Source: Octopus bimaculoides (taxonomy: Eukaryota). Taken from it: 64,000 nucleotides of DNA. The translations under genes were made by a program, and so were the position numbers. The notes below the pieces were generated by a model. That model ran no database searches and had not been told where the DNA came from. It worked only from the letters and a program-made list of their open reading frames with translations. The DNA lies in the NCBI RefSeq assembly GCF_001194135.2, contig NC_068999.1, forward strand, positions 17,819,572 to 17,883,571, written 5' to 3'. Positions within the stretch are counted from its first letter, which is position 1. Each line of letters opens with the position of its first letter. Of this stretch, positions 38,288 to 51,458 are shown in pieces.

Positions 38288-39442
38288 CAGCAAATAACAA
38301 GAATATTTCCTATTCAAAAAATGACAACGCGTATTCATTATGGTCATACTTAAAACAAATAATTGTTGTTGTATAGAAACAATTTGAAAAAAGTTTTNNN
38401 NNNNNNNAAAAAAAAAACACACTTAGCATACAAGTTGAATGTCTGACATTGGCAACTCATGATATTTGTAATTTTATCAAGATCAGCTCAAAACAGGCGG
38501 AAAACCAAATGCGCTCCAACAGTGATCTATCGGTTACTTGAAAACACAATGAATCTAGAACTATAGAGCCCAATTAATCCTTCTACCTTATGAAGGTACG
38601 TGTCATGTTACTAACATTGGCTGGTATTTCTGGCATATTGAAAGGCTTTGTAAGTGACACGTTGTAGATTTATTGGCAATTGTATGTATTCTTAACGGAC
38701 TTCTATCAATATCTTGAAATCCGCTATTTTTGGAAATCTTCAGTTGCATCATAATCTATCAATGGCCTATCGCTGACATTTCATTTATCTGCACCTGTTG
38801 CTTTGACACGGCGATTAGTTACACACTAAGCATCACTCATTTATTATATTTTTTTTAAATACTTTTTTCACCCTATAAGTTCTTATCTTACTATAAGTCA
38901 AATGACGAACCAGTAAATGAAGACTACCTACCTGACATCCGAGAAAAGAAAATTTGGTGGCAGGGGCAAAATACGGTTCTTTAATTTCCCATTTTGTTAT
39001 ACAAACCTGGTCTTCAACCAAAATGGATAATGGTAAAATTTGCTTATTAAAAGCAAAGCAATATATTCTCAATCGTTCAAAATTATGTACATGCGCACAC
39101 AAAAAAAACTCCTCATCCTCAGTTTTAATCTGAAAGATTGATATGTAATGTTTTGCTTTCGCATTATAAAAGTGCATTATTTCGCAACACAGAACTATTT
39201 CTCATTTTACAGACTTTAAAATGTTTACATTCAAGTGACGTCGGAAATTAAAAAAATTGTTGTCGCTCCGAGCTCTTATGTAAACGGACGCAAGATTTTC
39301 TGTAATTTGCTATGCATTTTAAAGTGGTGTGAAAAGTGTATTTTTCTCTGAGCAAATAGTGAGTTTGTCACACTTCTGATGTAATCTACCGTTCTAAGGT
39401 TAAAAGATGCCACTACTTTCCTGTAATCCAAAACTTAAACCA

Positions 39443-39594
39443 GTGAAAGAAAAATATATGGGAAATAAATTATCGAAAGTGAGGTAGACGTTTCAGAACC
39501 ACTGTGGAAGCTTGGTGAAGAAAAATATATGGCAAAACACACTATCCAAAGTGAGGCAGATGTTCCAGAACCACAGTGGAAGCTTGGAGAAGAA
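39443..39594. repeat. 72-bp tandem repeat (about 2.1 copies)
   Basis: Units start at 39443, 39515 and 39587; shared core aaagtgagg.aga.gtt.cagaaccac.gtggaagcttgg.gaagaa. Confidence 0.9.
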
Positions 39595-42335
39595 TGAAGG
39601 CAGAAATCTCATACGAATAATATAGTTAAGCGATAAATAATATCGAAAATTGATAACTCATCAGAAAATTCATAGCCGGAACGGGAAGGGCCATGTGCTT
39701 TTGTGGTCATTAAATCTAATTAATGAAGGAAAATTGGGATATGAACACCTGCATTCAAAAAGTGTACTGAGGTTGAAATAATAACCTGGTACAAGAGCAG
39801 CATTATTGAAGAGAGATAATCTATTATCTCGACCCAGTAGTTGCCTGCTATTTTATATAATTTATTCTGGAGTGATGAAAGGTAAAGTTGATATCGTCAG
39901 GATTTGAAATGTGAGCGTTAAGAAAATGGAATAAGTACGTCAAATTTTTGTCCAATAATAAGATCGATTATTTTTGATTTGTCCTAGATCAGCATATTTA
40001 TTTACGTACAACGTAAGATGAGAGTGTCAATATTGTTGACGCCTCACATTTAACGATACTCTTTTATTAGCCCTGGACTGGAGAAAGCAGAAGTTGAACT
40101 TGGCGAGGATAGAACACGGAACGAAAATAACTGAGGCATATTCCGCAAATTAATTTTTCCGACGACCTAACGATTCCCATGATATTAGAAAAATTAGGAA
40201 AAAAACAAAGACCAGCGACGATTAATTGAAGGTAATATATACAAGGACATATACAACAATATATAATTTAGGTTGAAAGAAATAGATGTAATATGTTTTA
40301 TGTATGTGTCTATGTGGCCGTGTGTGTATGTGTGTTCATACTTAGTATACTTCAGAGGACATGAAAAATTAATTGAGAAAAATTTTAAAACAAAGACTAA
40401 AAAAGGCAATTTGCAAGACATACTAGATGTCTAAGGAAATATTTTCGAGTCGCAGTTTGCACAAACTAGGATAAATAAGGGTATGCATATACGATTAATG
40501 CAGTGAGTTCATGGCGTTTTAATTGGATATACATCAACAATGATGAGAGAGCAATTTTTTCTTTGTCGAATTTCGGCCGCTTGTGGAAAAAAATATAGAA
40601 TATGAATTAATTTCAGCTAGCATAGAATCCAGTGAGCAGTGAATGTAAAGAAATGCATATCAACAGGTTAATTCATGTTAATATACATTCATGTGCGCGC
40701 GTTTGAGAAGGGACGCACAAAGACAGAGACAAACATATATATAAACAGATACATTTACACGGTTATATACGAACATGGGTGTAGCGACATGTGGAGACCG
40801 AGATGCGTAGACAATGCCAAAGAAAGCCATGAAGTTGTAAATCCTTTAAAATATAGAGAATGAAGGAGGGTTTCATTGTATTGCAGCAATGAGAAAGCTA
40901 CAAGCAGGAAATGATAAAGCTAAGAAATATTGAATTTGATATTAAAAGAAAGGAGGTGAATGTTAGTTGTATGAACGAAAAAGGATAATGTATTCAGATG
41001 AAACCTGTAAATATAAACAGGATCCATGTATGTTATAAAGGTTTGAATGAGTAAGTAATGTTGTAAGAATGAATGAGCGAAATTGTTGACAAGAAATAGA
41101 TGAATATGAAAATGGAGAAAAAAAATACAAGCTGTATGCAGAAAAAGGGAAATCGCAAGTAAAGAACCTGAAAGAGAATAAATGAAAGGAGCACGTTATG
41201 AAATTATTAGAATGTGCGTGAACGATGGAAGGCAACCTCAGCAAAGCTGTTAAAGAAATAGAAAACAACGATAAATGAAAAGTCAGGAAATGAACAGGAG
41301 AAAAGGAACAGCGAGATGTACTACACTATTAACATTTAGACTACATGGTGTACAATAAAGATTATGACGTTAGAAATAAAATGATTAACAAAATAAACAA
41401 CACAAATAGCTGAAACGCGAAGAAAACGAAAAACAAAAAAATATATTCTTAAATTATACTCCTGAGACTGACAGAGTTACTAAATGAAATTTGAAAGATG
41501 CAATGTGTATGTAATCGTATTATATATTTTTTTATATATGGATTAGCAATGTGAAATTATGATGTTTTATCCGCATTATGTCACTAAACCAAAACTTTAT
41601 TTCTTGGGACTGTAGTTTCTAATTTTGAATTATACTATCAACTTGGGAGAATCCGTCAATCTTGAGATTATGTCGCACGCTTTTCAGAGGTGAAGTTAGT
41701 CTTCATTGCGAACTGTTTGTGTCTGTTGTTCAAATAAGTGCCACCGACAACTAGGCGTATTTCTGTGTGCGTATAAAAAACAAAAAAACTATTATAACTT
41801 CCATTCTTGCTTTCAAAATTGTGCCGTAAGTTGGAAACGGCTTTGGAAAACACAAATGCGCTTAATCGTGCATTTTTCTGAACAAAATATTATCTTGAAC
41901 AAGACATTTTTTCTTTCTCCGAGTTATGAACTCATGAAAAACTTTATTTCATTATTTAAGCTATGTTTATTGAAATTAAAATATTTATTCAGATCTTAAA
42001 TCAGTGTCCATTATTTTTATATATCTTAATTACGGAATTTTTAATTTGTGATAATTTTTGGGAAGAAATAAGTAAAGTTTTTAATAGAAAAGGGAAAAAA
42101 TACCTTTTAGGAATACTTAAGAAGGTAAAAACTAGGCTATTATAGTACAATCTTAAAATGAGCAGTGACAAATTTGATAACCCACCCACCAAAACACAAA
42201 AATAACTGAAGACGGATTTTAAGACAATTAAAAAAGAACGTATGAATGATATGAATAAATATTACTATAGTTACTCAGTTAAAAGCAGGTCATCCAGAAG
42301 AATGGAGAAGTATTAATAAGCTTTTCGAAGTAATA

Positions 42336-42550
42336 TTAGTTTCACATTTTAGCACAAAACTAGCAATTTCGGGAAGTGGGGAAAGTTGATAACATCAACG
42401 CCAGTGCTCAACTGATACATATTTTGTAGACCCCGAACTAAAGAAAGGCAAAGTCGACCTCAGCGGAATTTGAACTCAGAACATACTGAAAGACGAAATG
42501 CTGCTAAACATTTTCCCCCGGCATTCTAACGTTTCTACAACATCACGGAT
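42336..42550 (-). mobile_element. Family-A SINE
   Basis: aaaggcaaagtcgacctcagcggaatttgaactcagaac...gacgaaatgctgctaaacatt...ctaacgtttc. Confidence 0.85.
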
Positions 42551-42971
42551 GCTAAATAAAAAATAAACATAGAAAAAGAAAGGCGAAGAAAGTTCAGTGG
42601 ACATGTGCGTTGCGTGATATTTAACTTGCTGTCTTCATGATTGATTCCTTGTCGTCGTAGTGCCCTGTATCCTTGAATAATGCTCTAACTTTAAAGATCC
42701 CCCTCTTTTCTAAGTAGAAATATATATCTCTGTACTGGCAACTACCACACTTCCACCCACCTGCCACATTCAAAGAAGTTCCTATGTGACTAGTTTTAAA
42801 CGTCTATGAGCATCACCACAACCACTGCCTATATAAGTCGCCTGCGAACAATAAGTGCATACCGGCGCACGCTACAAAGACTTACTATATATAGTTTAGA
42901 TAGACACATGGATACATATACACACGTATATATAAACACGTACATATATATAATTTGAATATTATATATAT

Positions 42972-43008
<37 letters not shown>

Positions 43009-43212
43009 NNNNNNNNNNNNNNNNNNNNNNNNNNNNNNNNNNNNNNNNNNNNNNNNNNNNNNNNNNNNNNNNNNNNNNNNNNNNNNNNNNNNNNNNNNNN
43101 NNNNNNNNNNNNNNNNNNNNNNNNNNNNNNNNNNNNNNNNNNNNNNNNNNNNNNNNNNNNNNNNNNNNNNNNNNNNNNNNNNNNNNNNNNNNNNNNNNNN
43201 NNNNNNNNNNNN

Positions 43213-43329
43213 TGGGAGAATATACAAATAATAACAACAGACGAGGACAGGTGGTGTAAATAACAAAAGTATATATTAGTATGACGCTCGGGAATACGGA
43301 AAGTCTTTGACGTTTCGAGCTACGCTCTT

Positions 43330-43334
<5 letters not shown>
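43213..43334 (-). mobile_element. Penelope-like terminal-repeat fragment with truncated hammerhead, in (TA)n
   Basis: Reverse complement of about 23452-23573 with one difference seen by eye; begins at UGUUGAAGAGCG (C3 and the 5' strand of stem I missing). Confidence 0.8.
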
Positions 43335-43385
<51 letters not shown>

Positions 43386-44122
43386 TAAATTCAAATTACG
43401 ATAAACGTAAACAAACAAACGAAGTTTGCTTTTAGAAGTGTTGAGATGTCTTACAAAGTTAAAGAAGTAATATTCAAATTCTCAATCGCACGGTAATGCT
43501 AATAATATAGGCTGAACAGGATAAACTACCCCTATTTTGCAGAAAAAAGTGGAGGTGGTTAGCTACACGTATGTGCATCCGCATATATGCACACAGACAG
43601 GTATGCATACACACATATATATATATACACATATACACGTATATGTATACACATTCACATATATGTATACATATTCACGTATGTATATGCATATATTCAC
43701 GTATATGCTTACATATATATTCACGTATGTTTGCACATATATTTACGTATATGTATACACATACCTACACATACACACATCCATGCATACACTCACACAC
43801 ACACACACACATATATATATACACTAATACATNNNNNNNNNNNNNNNNNNNNNNNNNNNNNNNNNNNNNNNNNNNNNNNNNNNNNNNNNNNNNNNNNNNN
43901 NNNNNNNNNNNNNNNNNNNNNNNNNNNNNNNNNNNNNNNNNNNNNNNNNNNNNNNNNNNNNNNNNNNNNNNNNNNNNNNNNNNNNNNNNNNNNNNNNNNN
44001 NNNNNNNNNNNNNNNNNNNNNNNNNNNNNNNNNNNNNNNNNNNNNNNNNNNNNNNNNNNNNNNNNNNNNNNNNNNNNNNNNNNNNNNNNNNNNNNNNNNN
44101 NNNNNNATATATATATATATAA

Positions 44123-44172
<50 letters not shown>

Positions 44173-44289
44173 ATACATATTGAGAGAAGTGCCATACAAT
44201 ATTTTTACGCACGCAATTGCACTCACATACTCAATCAAAAATATAAACATATGCGTAAGATGTTATATTTTTCTGTGTGTGAGTGCAGA

Positions 44290-44405
44290 CAATTTATGTA
44301 GATAAATAGATATAGATAGAGAGATATCGGTATAAATAAAGATATAGATAGATATCGATATAAATATCGATACAGATATAGTGATATAGATAGTTAGATA
44401 CCGAC

Positions 44406-44452
<47 letters not shown>

Positions 44453-44540
44453 CAGATAGAGAGCTATAGATATAGAGATAGAGAGATAAAGAGATAGATG
44501 AATAGAGATGTAGAGAGAAAGACAGATACAGATTGGTAGA
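44290..44540. repeat. (GATA)n microsatellite with degenerate flanks
   Basis: Perfect run about 44407-44452. Confidence 0.95.
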
Positions 44541-44924
44541 TATGTGTGTGTGTGTGCGTGCGTGTGTACCTACTTCTGTTTTTGTTCATCTACGTATGCA
44601 TCAGAAGTGAATATGTATGTATGTATAAATATGCTTCTGTATATTGATCTGTCTATTTCTATATGTGTTCGTGTGTTTGAGTATGGGCAATTGTCATCTT
44701 CACAAAGCACACACGTATTTATTTTATGAAAGAGCGAGAATGATGGGAAACAAACTTCTCATTAATATTAAGAATTAATATGAGAGAAAGCAATATAGCA
44801 GCAGACACTATTTCTCAGTAACATAAATAATTAGTTGCACTCACGCAACCACTGCAGAAATCATAAAACCCAAAAGATATTTACATCTATCTGTATATTC
44901 TTCCTATATATGTGCGTGTGTGTA

Positions 44925-45157
44925 TACTCTCTTTTACTTGTTTCAGTCATTAGACTGCGGCCATGATGGAGCACCGCCTGTAGTGGAGCAAATCTACCCC
45001 ATGACATATTCTTTGGGAGCCTAGTACTTATTCTACCGGTCTTTTTTGCCGAACCGCTAAGTTACGGGGACGTAAACACACCAGCATCGGTTGTCAAGCG
45101 ATGTTGAGGGAACAAATACAGACTCACAAACATGTACACACACATACACACACACAT

Positions 45158-45218
<61 letters not shown>

Positions 45219-45328
45219 CGACGGGCTTCTTTCAGTTTCCGTCTTCTAAATCCACTCAGAAGGCTTTCAGTGGGACTGAACCCAGTACCATGTGGTTGGT
45301 GGGCAAGCTACTTACCACACAGCCACTC
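44925..45328 (-). mobile_element. Family-B SINE, near full length with internal (CA)/(TA) microsatellite
   Basis: Reverse complement of 54186-54655, lacking about 50 bp of the head-proximal body. Confidence 0.9.
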
Positions 45329-45346
45329 GTGTATTATCTTTATAGT

Positions 45347-45720
45347 TTACTTGTTTTAATTATTAAACTGTAACCATGCTGGGCAGCGTCTTGAAGAATT
45401 TTTAGTCTAATGATAGATAGAGGTGGCTCCACTACTTATTTTTTAAAGCCTGGAACTTATTCTATCGGTCTTTTCCGAAACTGCTAAGCTACAGGGAAGT
45501 AAATACACCAGCACCAGTTGTCAAGCTGCAGTGGACAACAAACACACACAAACAAACACGCATACACAACGAGATTTTTTCAGTCTCGTCTACGAAATAC
45601 ATTCACACAGCTTTGATCAACTAGAGGCTAGAGTAGAAAATACTCGACTAAGTGCCATGTAGTGGGACTGAACTAAGAACTATTCGATGTGGAAGCAAGC
45701 TCTTACAACACAGCCACTCC
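45347..45720 (-). mobile_element. Family-B SINE, older full-length copy, tandem with previous
   Basis: All family-B blocks present in order; internal microsatellite short (aacacacacaaacaaacacgcatacac). Confidence 0.85.
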
Positions 45721-46678
45721 AATGTAGAAAAACTTTCTCCACATGCAATGATAAAGTTATGCTAGGTTTATTATTAATTATCAGAGAATGTCCTGGAAAT
45801 TGCATCTATTATAAACATGGATTCATGTCGTGACAAGAATTGCTAAGGTTTAGCATATGAGTTAAACTTTTCGCTTTCATGAAATTTTATAAAATACTTA
45901 TGACAGTAGAATGAAAAGGTGTGAATTTAATGTTGGGCACACATTATTACAAAACATCCTACAGAAAATGCAGAAGGCATTTCTAGATTTTCAAGGAAGA
46001 AAGATACGTAAAAAAGAGTGAGTCTGAGGATAACAAGGGTATTCACGTACATACATCCTTATACTATTTTTATACACACAGACGCACATATAAGACAACA
46101 CGCCCACGCATTATATATATATATATNNNNNNNNNNNNNNNNNNNNNNNNNNNNNNNNNNNNNNNNNNNNNNNNNNNNNNNNNNNNNNNNNNNNNNNNNN
46201 NNNNNNNNNNNNNNNNNNNNNNNNNNNNNNNNNNNNNNNNNNNNNNNNNNNNNNNNNNNNNNNNNNNNNNNNNNNNNNNNNNNNNNNNNNNNNNNNNNNN
46301 NNNNNNNNNNNNNNNNNNNNNNNNNNNNNNNNNNNNNNNNNNNNNNNNNNNNNNNNNNNNNNNNNNNNNNNNNNNNNNNNNNNNNNNNNNNNNNNNNNNN
46401 NNNNNNNNNNNNNNNNNNNNNNNNNNNNNNNNNNNNNNNNNNNNNNNNNNNNNNNNNNNNNNNNNNNNNNNNNNNNNNNNNNNNNNNNNNNNNNNNNNNN
46501 NNNNNNNNNNNNNNNNNNNNNNNNNNNNNNNNNNNNNNNNNNNNNNNNNNNNNNNNNNNNNNNNNNNNNNNNNNNNNNNNNNNNNNNNNNNNNNNNNNNN
46601 NNNNNNNNNNNNNNNNNNNNNNNNNNNNNNNNNNNNNNNNNNNNNNNNNNNNNNNNNNNNNNNNNNNNNNNNNNNNNN

Positions 46679-46724
<46 letters not shown>

Positions 46725-46734
46725 TTGTGTGTCT

Positions 46735-46912
46735 TGACAACTGATGCTGGTGTGTTTATGTCCATGTCACTTAATGGCAAAAGACCGATATAATAAGTAC
46801 TAGGCTTACAAAGAATAAGTCCCGGGGTCGATTTTCTCGACTAAAGGCGGTGCTCCAGCATGGCCACAGTCAAATGACTGAAACAAGTGAAAGAGTAAAT
46901 AGAGTCAAGAGT
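46735..46912 (+). mobile_element. Family-B SINE 3' half (5' half possibly in gap 46127-46678)
   Basis: cttgacaactgatgctggtgtgttta...aaggcggtgctccagcatggccacagtcaaatgactgaaacaagt plus agagta tail. Confidence 0.88.
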
Positions 46913-47640
46913 ATATAAACTATAACTCTAATATAACAACTCTCGAACGACTAAAACAACTGAAACAACCCAAAAATACTTGTGCTCGTGCATATATAGA
47001 GAGGTCATCGCTCAAATTAGTATGTTTCGAATAGGACTTGCTTGGTAGAGGATACTCACATCACTGGTCTCAGAAATTTCCCGCCACGTCTGTGTGTTAA
47101 TATCAAGTTTCAATGTTTGGCATCGTAAGCCAAGACTGACACAGTTGACTGGGCCTGTTTAGTGACAGTAGCAAACATTCAACTCTTTGAACGGTCTGTG
47201 TGACGTGTTTGTAGGGAATGAACACGTGCTTAAATTTAGACCTTTTCGTACCTTTCCGCTATGTCCGTCCTTTAGTGTCACGTGACTTTATTTTGGGCCT
47301 AAAATGACGGTTAAGTGAACATGTTTAATTGCAATCAAGGCACTACATATATATTTTGTTTCTGTATTTGATTTGTATGATTGCATCGGAACAATTGTAG
47401 TGATATTAAACAATGAATGTTTTTAGCTCTATTTTATATAACCTTGATACATACATACATATATATATNNNNNNNNNNNNNNNNNNNNNNNNNNNNNNNN
47501 NNNNNNNNNNNNNNNNNNNNNNNNNNNNNNNNNNNNNNNNNNNNNNNNNNNNNNNNNNNNNNNNNNNNNNNNNNNNNNNNNNNNNNNNNNNNNNNNNNNN
47601 NNNNNNNNNNNNNNNNNNNNNNNNNNNNNNNNNNNNNNNN

Positions 47641-47671
<31 letters not shown>

Positions 47672-47684
47672 ATATATACATGCA

Positions 47685-47970
47685 TATATGGGTACAGGAC
47701 ATCAAAAAAACCTAGACAGAATGAGAAACGAGAACATAAAACACAAAAACATAGAAAACGAACTTTTTGCGAACAACGGATAAATCAAACAAACAGAAAA
47801 ACGAGACAAGCAACATAAAGAGCATTCCCTTCATCAGTTGTGCCGTGTTTTATATACTCCGCGTTTCGAAGGTAAGGATAAGACGCGACTTCGTTAAAAC
47901 ATTCCTTCCCGCAAAGCAAATTGAGTAAAAGTTGGGATTTTTTGCGGAGGGTGAAAGTGGTAACAAAAAC
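47685..47970. repeat. Probable dispersed repeat next to (TA)n gap, family unassigned
   Basis: A-rich segment abutting a microsatellite; carries CTGATGAAGGG and CGAAACG on the minus strand. Only one copy in the window. Confidence 0.35.
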
Positions 47971-48935
47971 AAAGTTTGTCTGTGTGTCTCTCTCTCACCG
48001 TCGCATACCTACTCACCTACGATCTTCTATAGTCGCAAATCCCGAACACATACACAGACGTAAGAAATAAACAATAATTTCAAATATCTATCAACGAAAG
48101 TATTTACATACACAACTAGTATTAATATTGTCAGATATTATATAGGTAATATTTATATATTAAGCCCCAAATCAGATATTATGTTCTTTAAAGCTATGTT
48201 CTTAAATATTGTGTATAACAAAGTAAAGCAAATATATATTTTAAAATATGCATTCCATATGAGCTTAGATAGGTTTTTGAAATGAATCCCTGCAAAGTTT
48301 CCAAAACCAAACATGCAATCCTTTAGAATCTTTATCTTTATTAAATTTCGCTTCGATTCCCCGAATGTAGATAGTTTTATACCAAGAAACAGTTTACAGA
48401 AACATTTCTTAAATACCAATGCTATATAGTTTCTACATACATATATTTTAAAGAATTAAATATGGCATTTCGAACGAAAACCTGTCGCACGCACACACAT
48501 GTAGTATTTCTGTCACACGTAGTACATACATAAAAGTAATATTATATTGCTATTTTCTACGGGTTACTTTAAAATTAAAATGAATGCAACTAAAGATAAC
48601 TCGATGAATAATGAAGTGAACAATTTCATCTCCGTAAGATATTCTCGAATAATATTTATAAACTACAGAAAGAAATTAAATGCATATATGCAAATCCTTG
48701 GAGTTCAAGACACAAAATTTGCATTCTTCCTTCAGTAATATAATATTCTAATGTAGTTGTATAGCAAATGTAATGGGAACTGCCGTATTCCGTCTGCATC
48801 AGTAATATTTAAAACATTCATTTGGAATGTATTGCCAAAGATGTGCATATGTGAAGCACACATATGGGCATATATGTGTTTGAATTTATGTTTTAATGTC
48901 ATTCTGTATCAATACTGTGTTTGAATAACTCGGAT

Positions 48936-49431
48936 AACGGCGCTCTTTTAGAATTGCACCTGTACGAGAAAATGAAACGCAATTTTAAAAAAAGTTATGT
49001 AAATGGAAAATATATACAAATGAGTGATGTATACAAAATGTAAGAAAGATTCATCCATTTTTAAATATATTATACTAAAAAATAAAACAAACGTAAGAAT
49101 GACATTCGCAAATATAAACAAACATGTCAGACAATACATGGAATGGTACTTTGCTTTTACCAAAAAGGTATTATTAATGATACGAGGGGCCAAATAGCCA
49201 CTGTTGTATAATTTATTTTCTCTGTAAACTGAAAACAAAACTAAAAATTACAAAATGTGCATACGTCTTAAACATATTTACTCTATTGTTTTATAAATAG
49301 TTCTGTCGTATATCACATCATAAAATATGCGAAGGTAAATACACCACCAAACCCTAAAACGTACCCTAACCCTAACAATTTTAATTGCATTTCATTTTCT
49401 TGGAGGGGTGCGTTTCTAAAGGTGCTCCGTG
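48936..49431. mobile_element. MITE with ~48-bp terminal inverted repeats
   Basis: acggcgctcttttagaattgcacctgtacgagaaaatgaaacgcaatt (48937-48984) versus reverse complement of 49383-49430; right end CCGTG; AT-rich non-coding interior. Confidence 0.8.
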
Positions 49432-49889
49432 AAAATAGTTAAAACAAGAAAATTGAATAACCGACATGAGAAAAGGTATTACTCATACCAAAATCAAATA
49501 TATAATCGACAACAATTTAAAAGAACATACTGAAACCTGCAAGCGAATATACAGTGATAATGTACCCTGATCTTTTCTGGATTATGTACGTGATTAAGTA
49601 TCTTCCCGGAGATGTATTCGCGTAATAGGTCCATTGCACGTATATTGGGAGATTATGAGAATTTAGTGACTAGTGAAGGAAAAACTGTATCATTATTCTG
49701 TTTGGTACAAGATTTCAGTCAAGAAGACTGCAGGTTACTCCAAGAACAAAAACCGTCCCACTGCTCACTCCTTTTTAACAATGTGCCCTTTTGTGCATTT
49801 TAAAGGACTATGCTCCTTTTTTCTCTACACAGGTTGGGGGCTGGGGAATTTGGGGTTCTTGTATGCTTGTGTTCAGTTTGTTAATGTCA

Positions 49890-50846
49890 GGTGAATCAGG
49901 GCGAGGTTTGGTGTCTGAAAAGGAAGGGTAGGTCGAAGTGGATTCGGGTAGGAATTGAGGTGGGAGGGATGGGGTACTCGTTCACAATTTGTATCTATTT
50001 CCCCCTCTTTCTTTTCTTCCTTCCAATAATTTCCCATCCGTCCTTGGTTAAGGTTCCTCTATCGCCCTCTGTACTTCTGGTGACCTTCGCCGTTGGTGAA
50101 GGTGCGGTTTCTTTTACGAACACTGGCGCTTATTGGGGCTTTACGGGTGGTGGAGAGCATTCAACCCCAATGTTGCCTTTTTGGCCACATTTGTAACAAC
50201 GAGGGGTCTTGCCCTCCATTCTAACCCTGAGTGTTATATCGTCCACCGTTATGGTTTCCACCATCTCTTTGAGGTCTTCTGGGGCTGCCTGAAACACCAT
50301 ATTCAGGGGCCCCTGCCAATTCTTGTGAGCGGTGCTAGTGACGTCGAGGACCGCTACCTTATCCTCTTCCATGCCCAGCAATATCGCTGCCACCAGCAAG
50401 GCAAGATTTATCTCCGGGGGTATATATTCTACCCTCACTCTGGAAGCTCGCCTTCCACGGTATATGAGTAGAAGAATTACCTCATCCGTTTTCAACGGGG
50501 TCGCCGCGTATCACCTGGCTTTGGCTTCATCCCAGAACGGCACCTCCACCATTCCGAATTTTCTCTCTCTGGCCAGGTGGAAAATTTCCTACCAGGTAGT
50601 TTTCAGTGCCTTTTCAATTTGCCCGTTCGTCATTAGTTCTATTCTCTGGGCCTTCACAGAATGAATTCTGTTGGTTATCATTCTTCTCTTGGCTTCCTGT
50701 AATACTTCTTGGGGAGAGGACACCTTTACGTCGTGCCCCTCCCTATGTAGCATATTTTTATAGTTGTCCAGCTCCTCCATGTTTATTTCCTTGTTGTGGC
50801 TTTTGGCCACCGCCGCAAAATTCATCGTTTCCTCATCCTTGTCCAT
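49890..50846 (-). pseudogene. LINE (L1/Tx1-like) ORF1 relic 3 with zinc knuckle
   Basis: MDKDEETMNFAAVAK...IEKALKTTW*EIFHLARERKFGMVEVPF...RASRVRVEYIPPEI...EGKTPRCYKCGQKGNIGVEC (CX2CX4HX4C with H to N)...GWEIIGRKKRKR; in-frame stops. Confidence 0.8.
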
Positions 50847-51263
50847 CTCAACAATTGCATGGAGCAATTCGTCCTCGGACGAACTTCACCTTTCATGTTC
50901 CATATTCTTTTTTTAAGACAGTGTGCTACCCACTTCAACCAAAAGGGAACACGTCAACAAAACTGCCGTGTGGCAGCAAAAACAAGTCTCAAACGACGCA
51001 ACAATTAACAATAACAGAATTAATTAACCTGCGTGAAGTATTTTGGAAGTTTCACATTGTGAATACTCTAAATTTAGAAACCAATAATTGTAGCACAATC
51101 GGTAATTGATGCATACGAGCTCTTCTCGTCAGCAATAATTATTGTTAGCTGTTGAAATATTTTAACCATATGTTACATTGCAGTATAATGGGTCTAAAAT
51201 AAGTAGACTGTTAGTGAAGACTAGTTCTTATTTTATTGTTTGCAAGATTTTATTAATTGATTC

Positions 51264-51458
51264 AGGTGGCGAGTTGGCCGGGCGAAATGCTTCGCGTTAC
51301 TGCGTCCGTCTTTACGTTCTGAGTTCAATTTCTGCCGAAGTCGACTTAGCATTTCCTTTTTTCGAGATTGATAAAATAGTACCAATTAAGCATTGGGGTC
51401 TATGTAATCGACTTAGCCCCTCTCCCGTGCTTTCTGGCCTCGTGCCAAAGTTTAAAAG
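51264..51458 (+). mobile_element. Family-A SINE with short head deletion
   Basis: aggtggcgagttggccgggcgaaatgc...gttctgagttcaatttctgccgaagtcgac...ggcctcgtgcc. Confidence 0.85.

Noticed and set aside
39443-39594. CRISPR-like repeat-spacer array
   Set aside because: Eukaryotic DNA, only about two units, no unique spacers, no cas genes.
4958-47818. Long ORFs containing X runs (e.g. 6126-7124, 9630-10343, 20652-21203, 43571-44122, 46018-46737)
   Set aside because: They stay open only because they cross N gaps and (TA)/(CA) microsatellites.
47822-47872. Permuted hammerhead-like motif on minus strand (CCUUC-GAAAC...CUGAUGA-AGGG)
   Set aside because: Both core halves are present but I could not form stem I or a convincing stem III between them; not called as a ribozyme, though the family consensus is worth checking.
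48011-48020. Minus-strand consensus donor TAG|GTGAGT as a neuroligin 5' exon end
   Set aside because: A single short motif match is expected by chance in 64 kb; no supporting evidence.
49352-49375. Telomere or chromosome-fusion relic
   Set aside because: Only three hexamers, located inside a TIR-bounded element.
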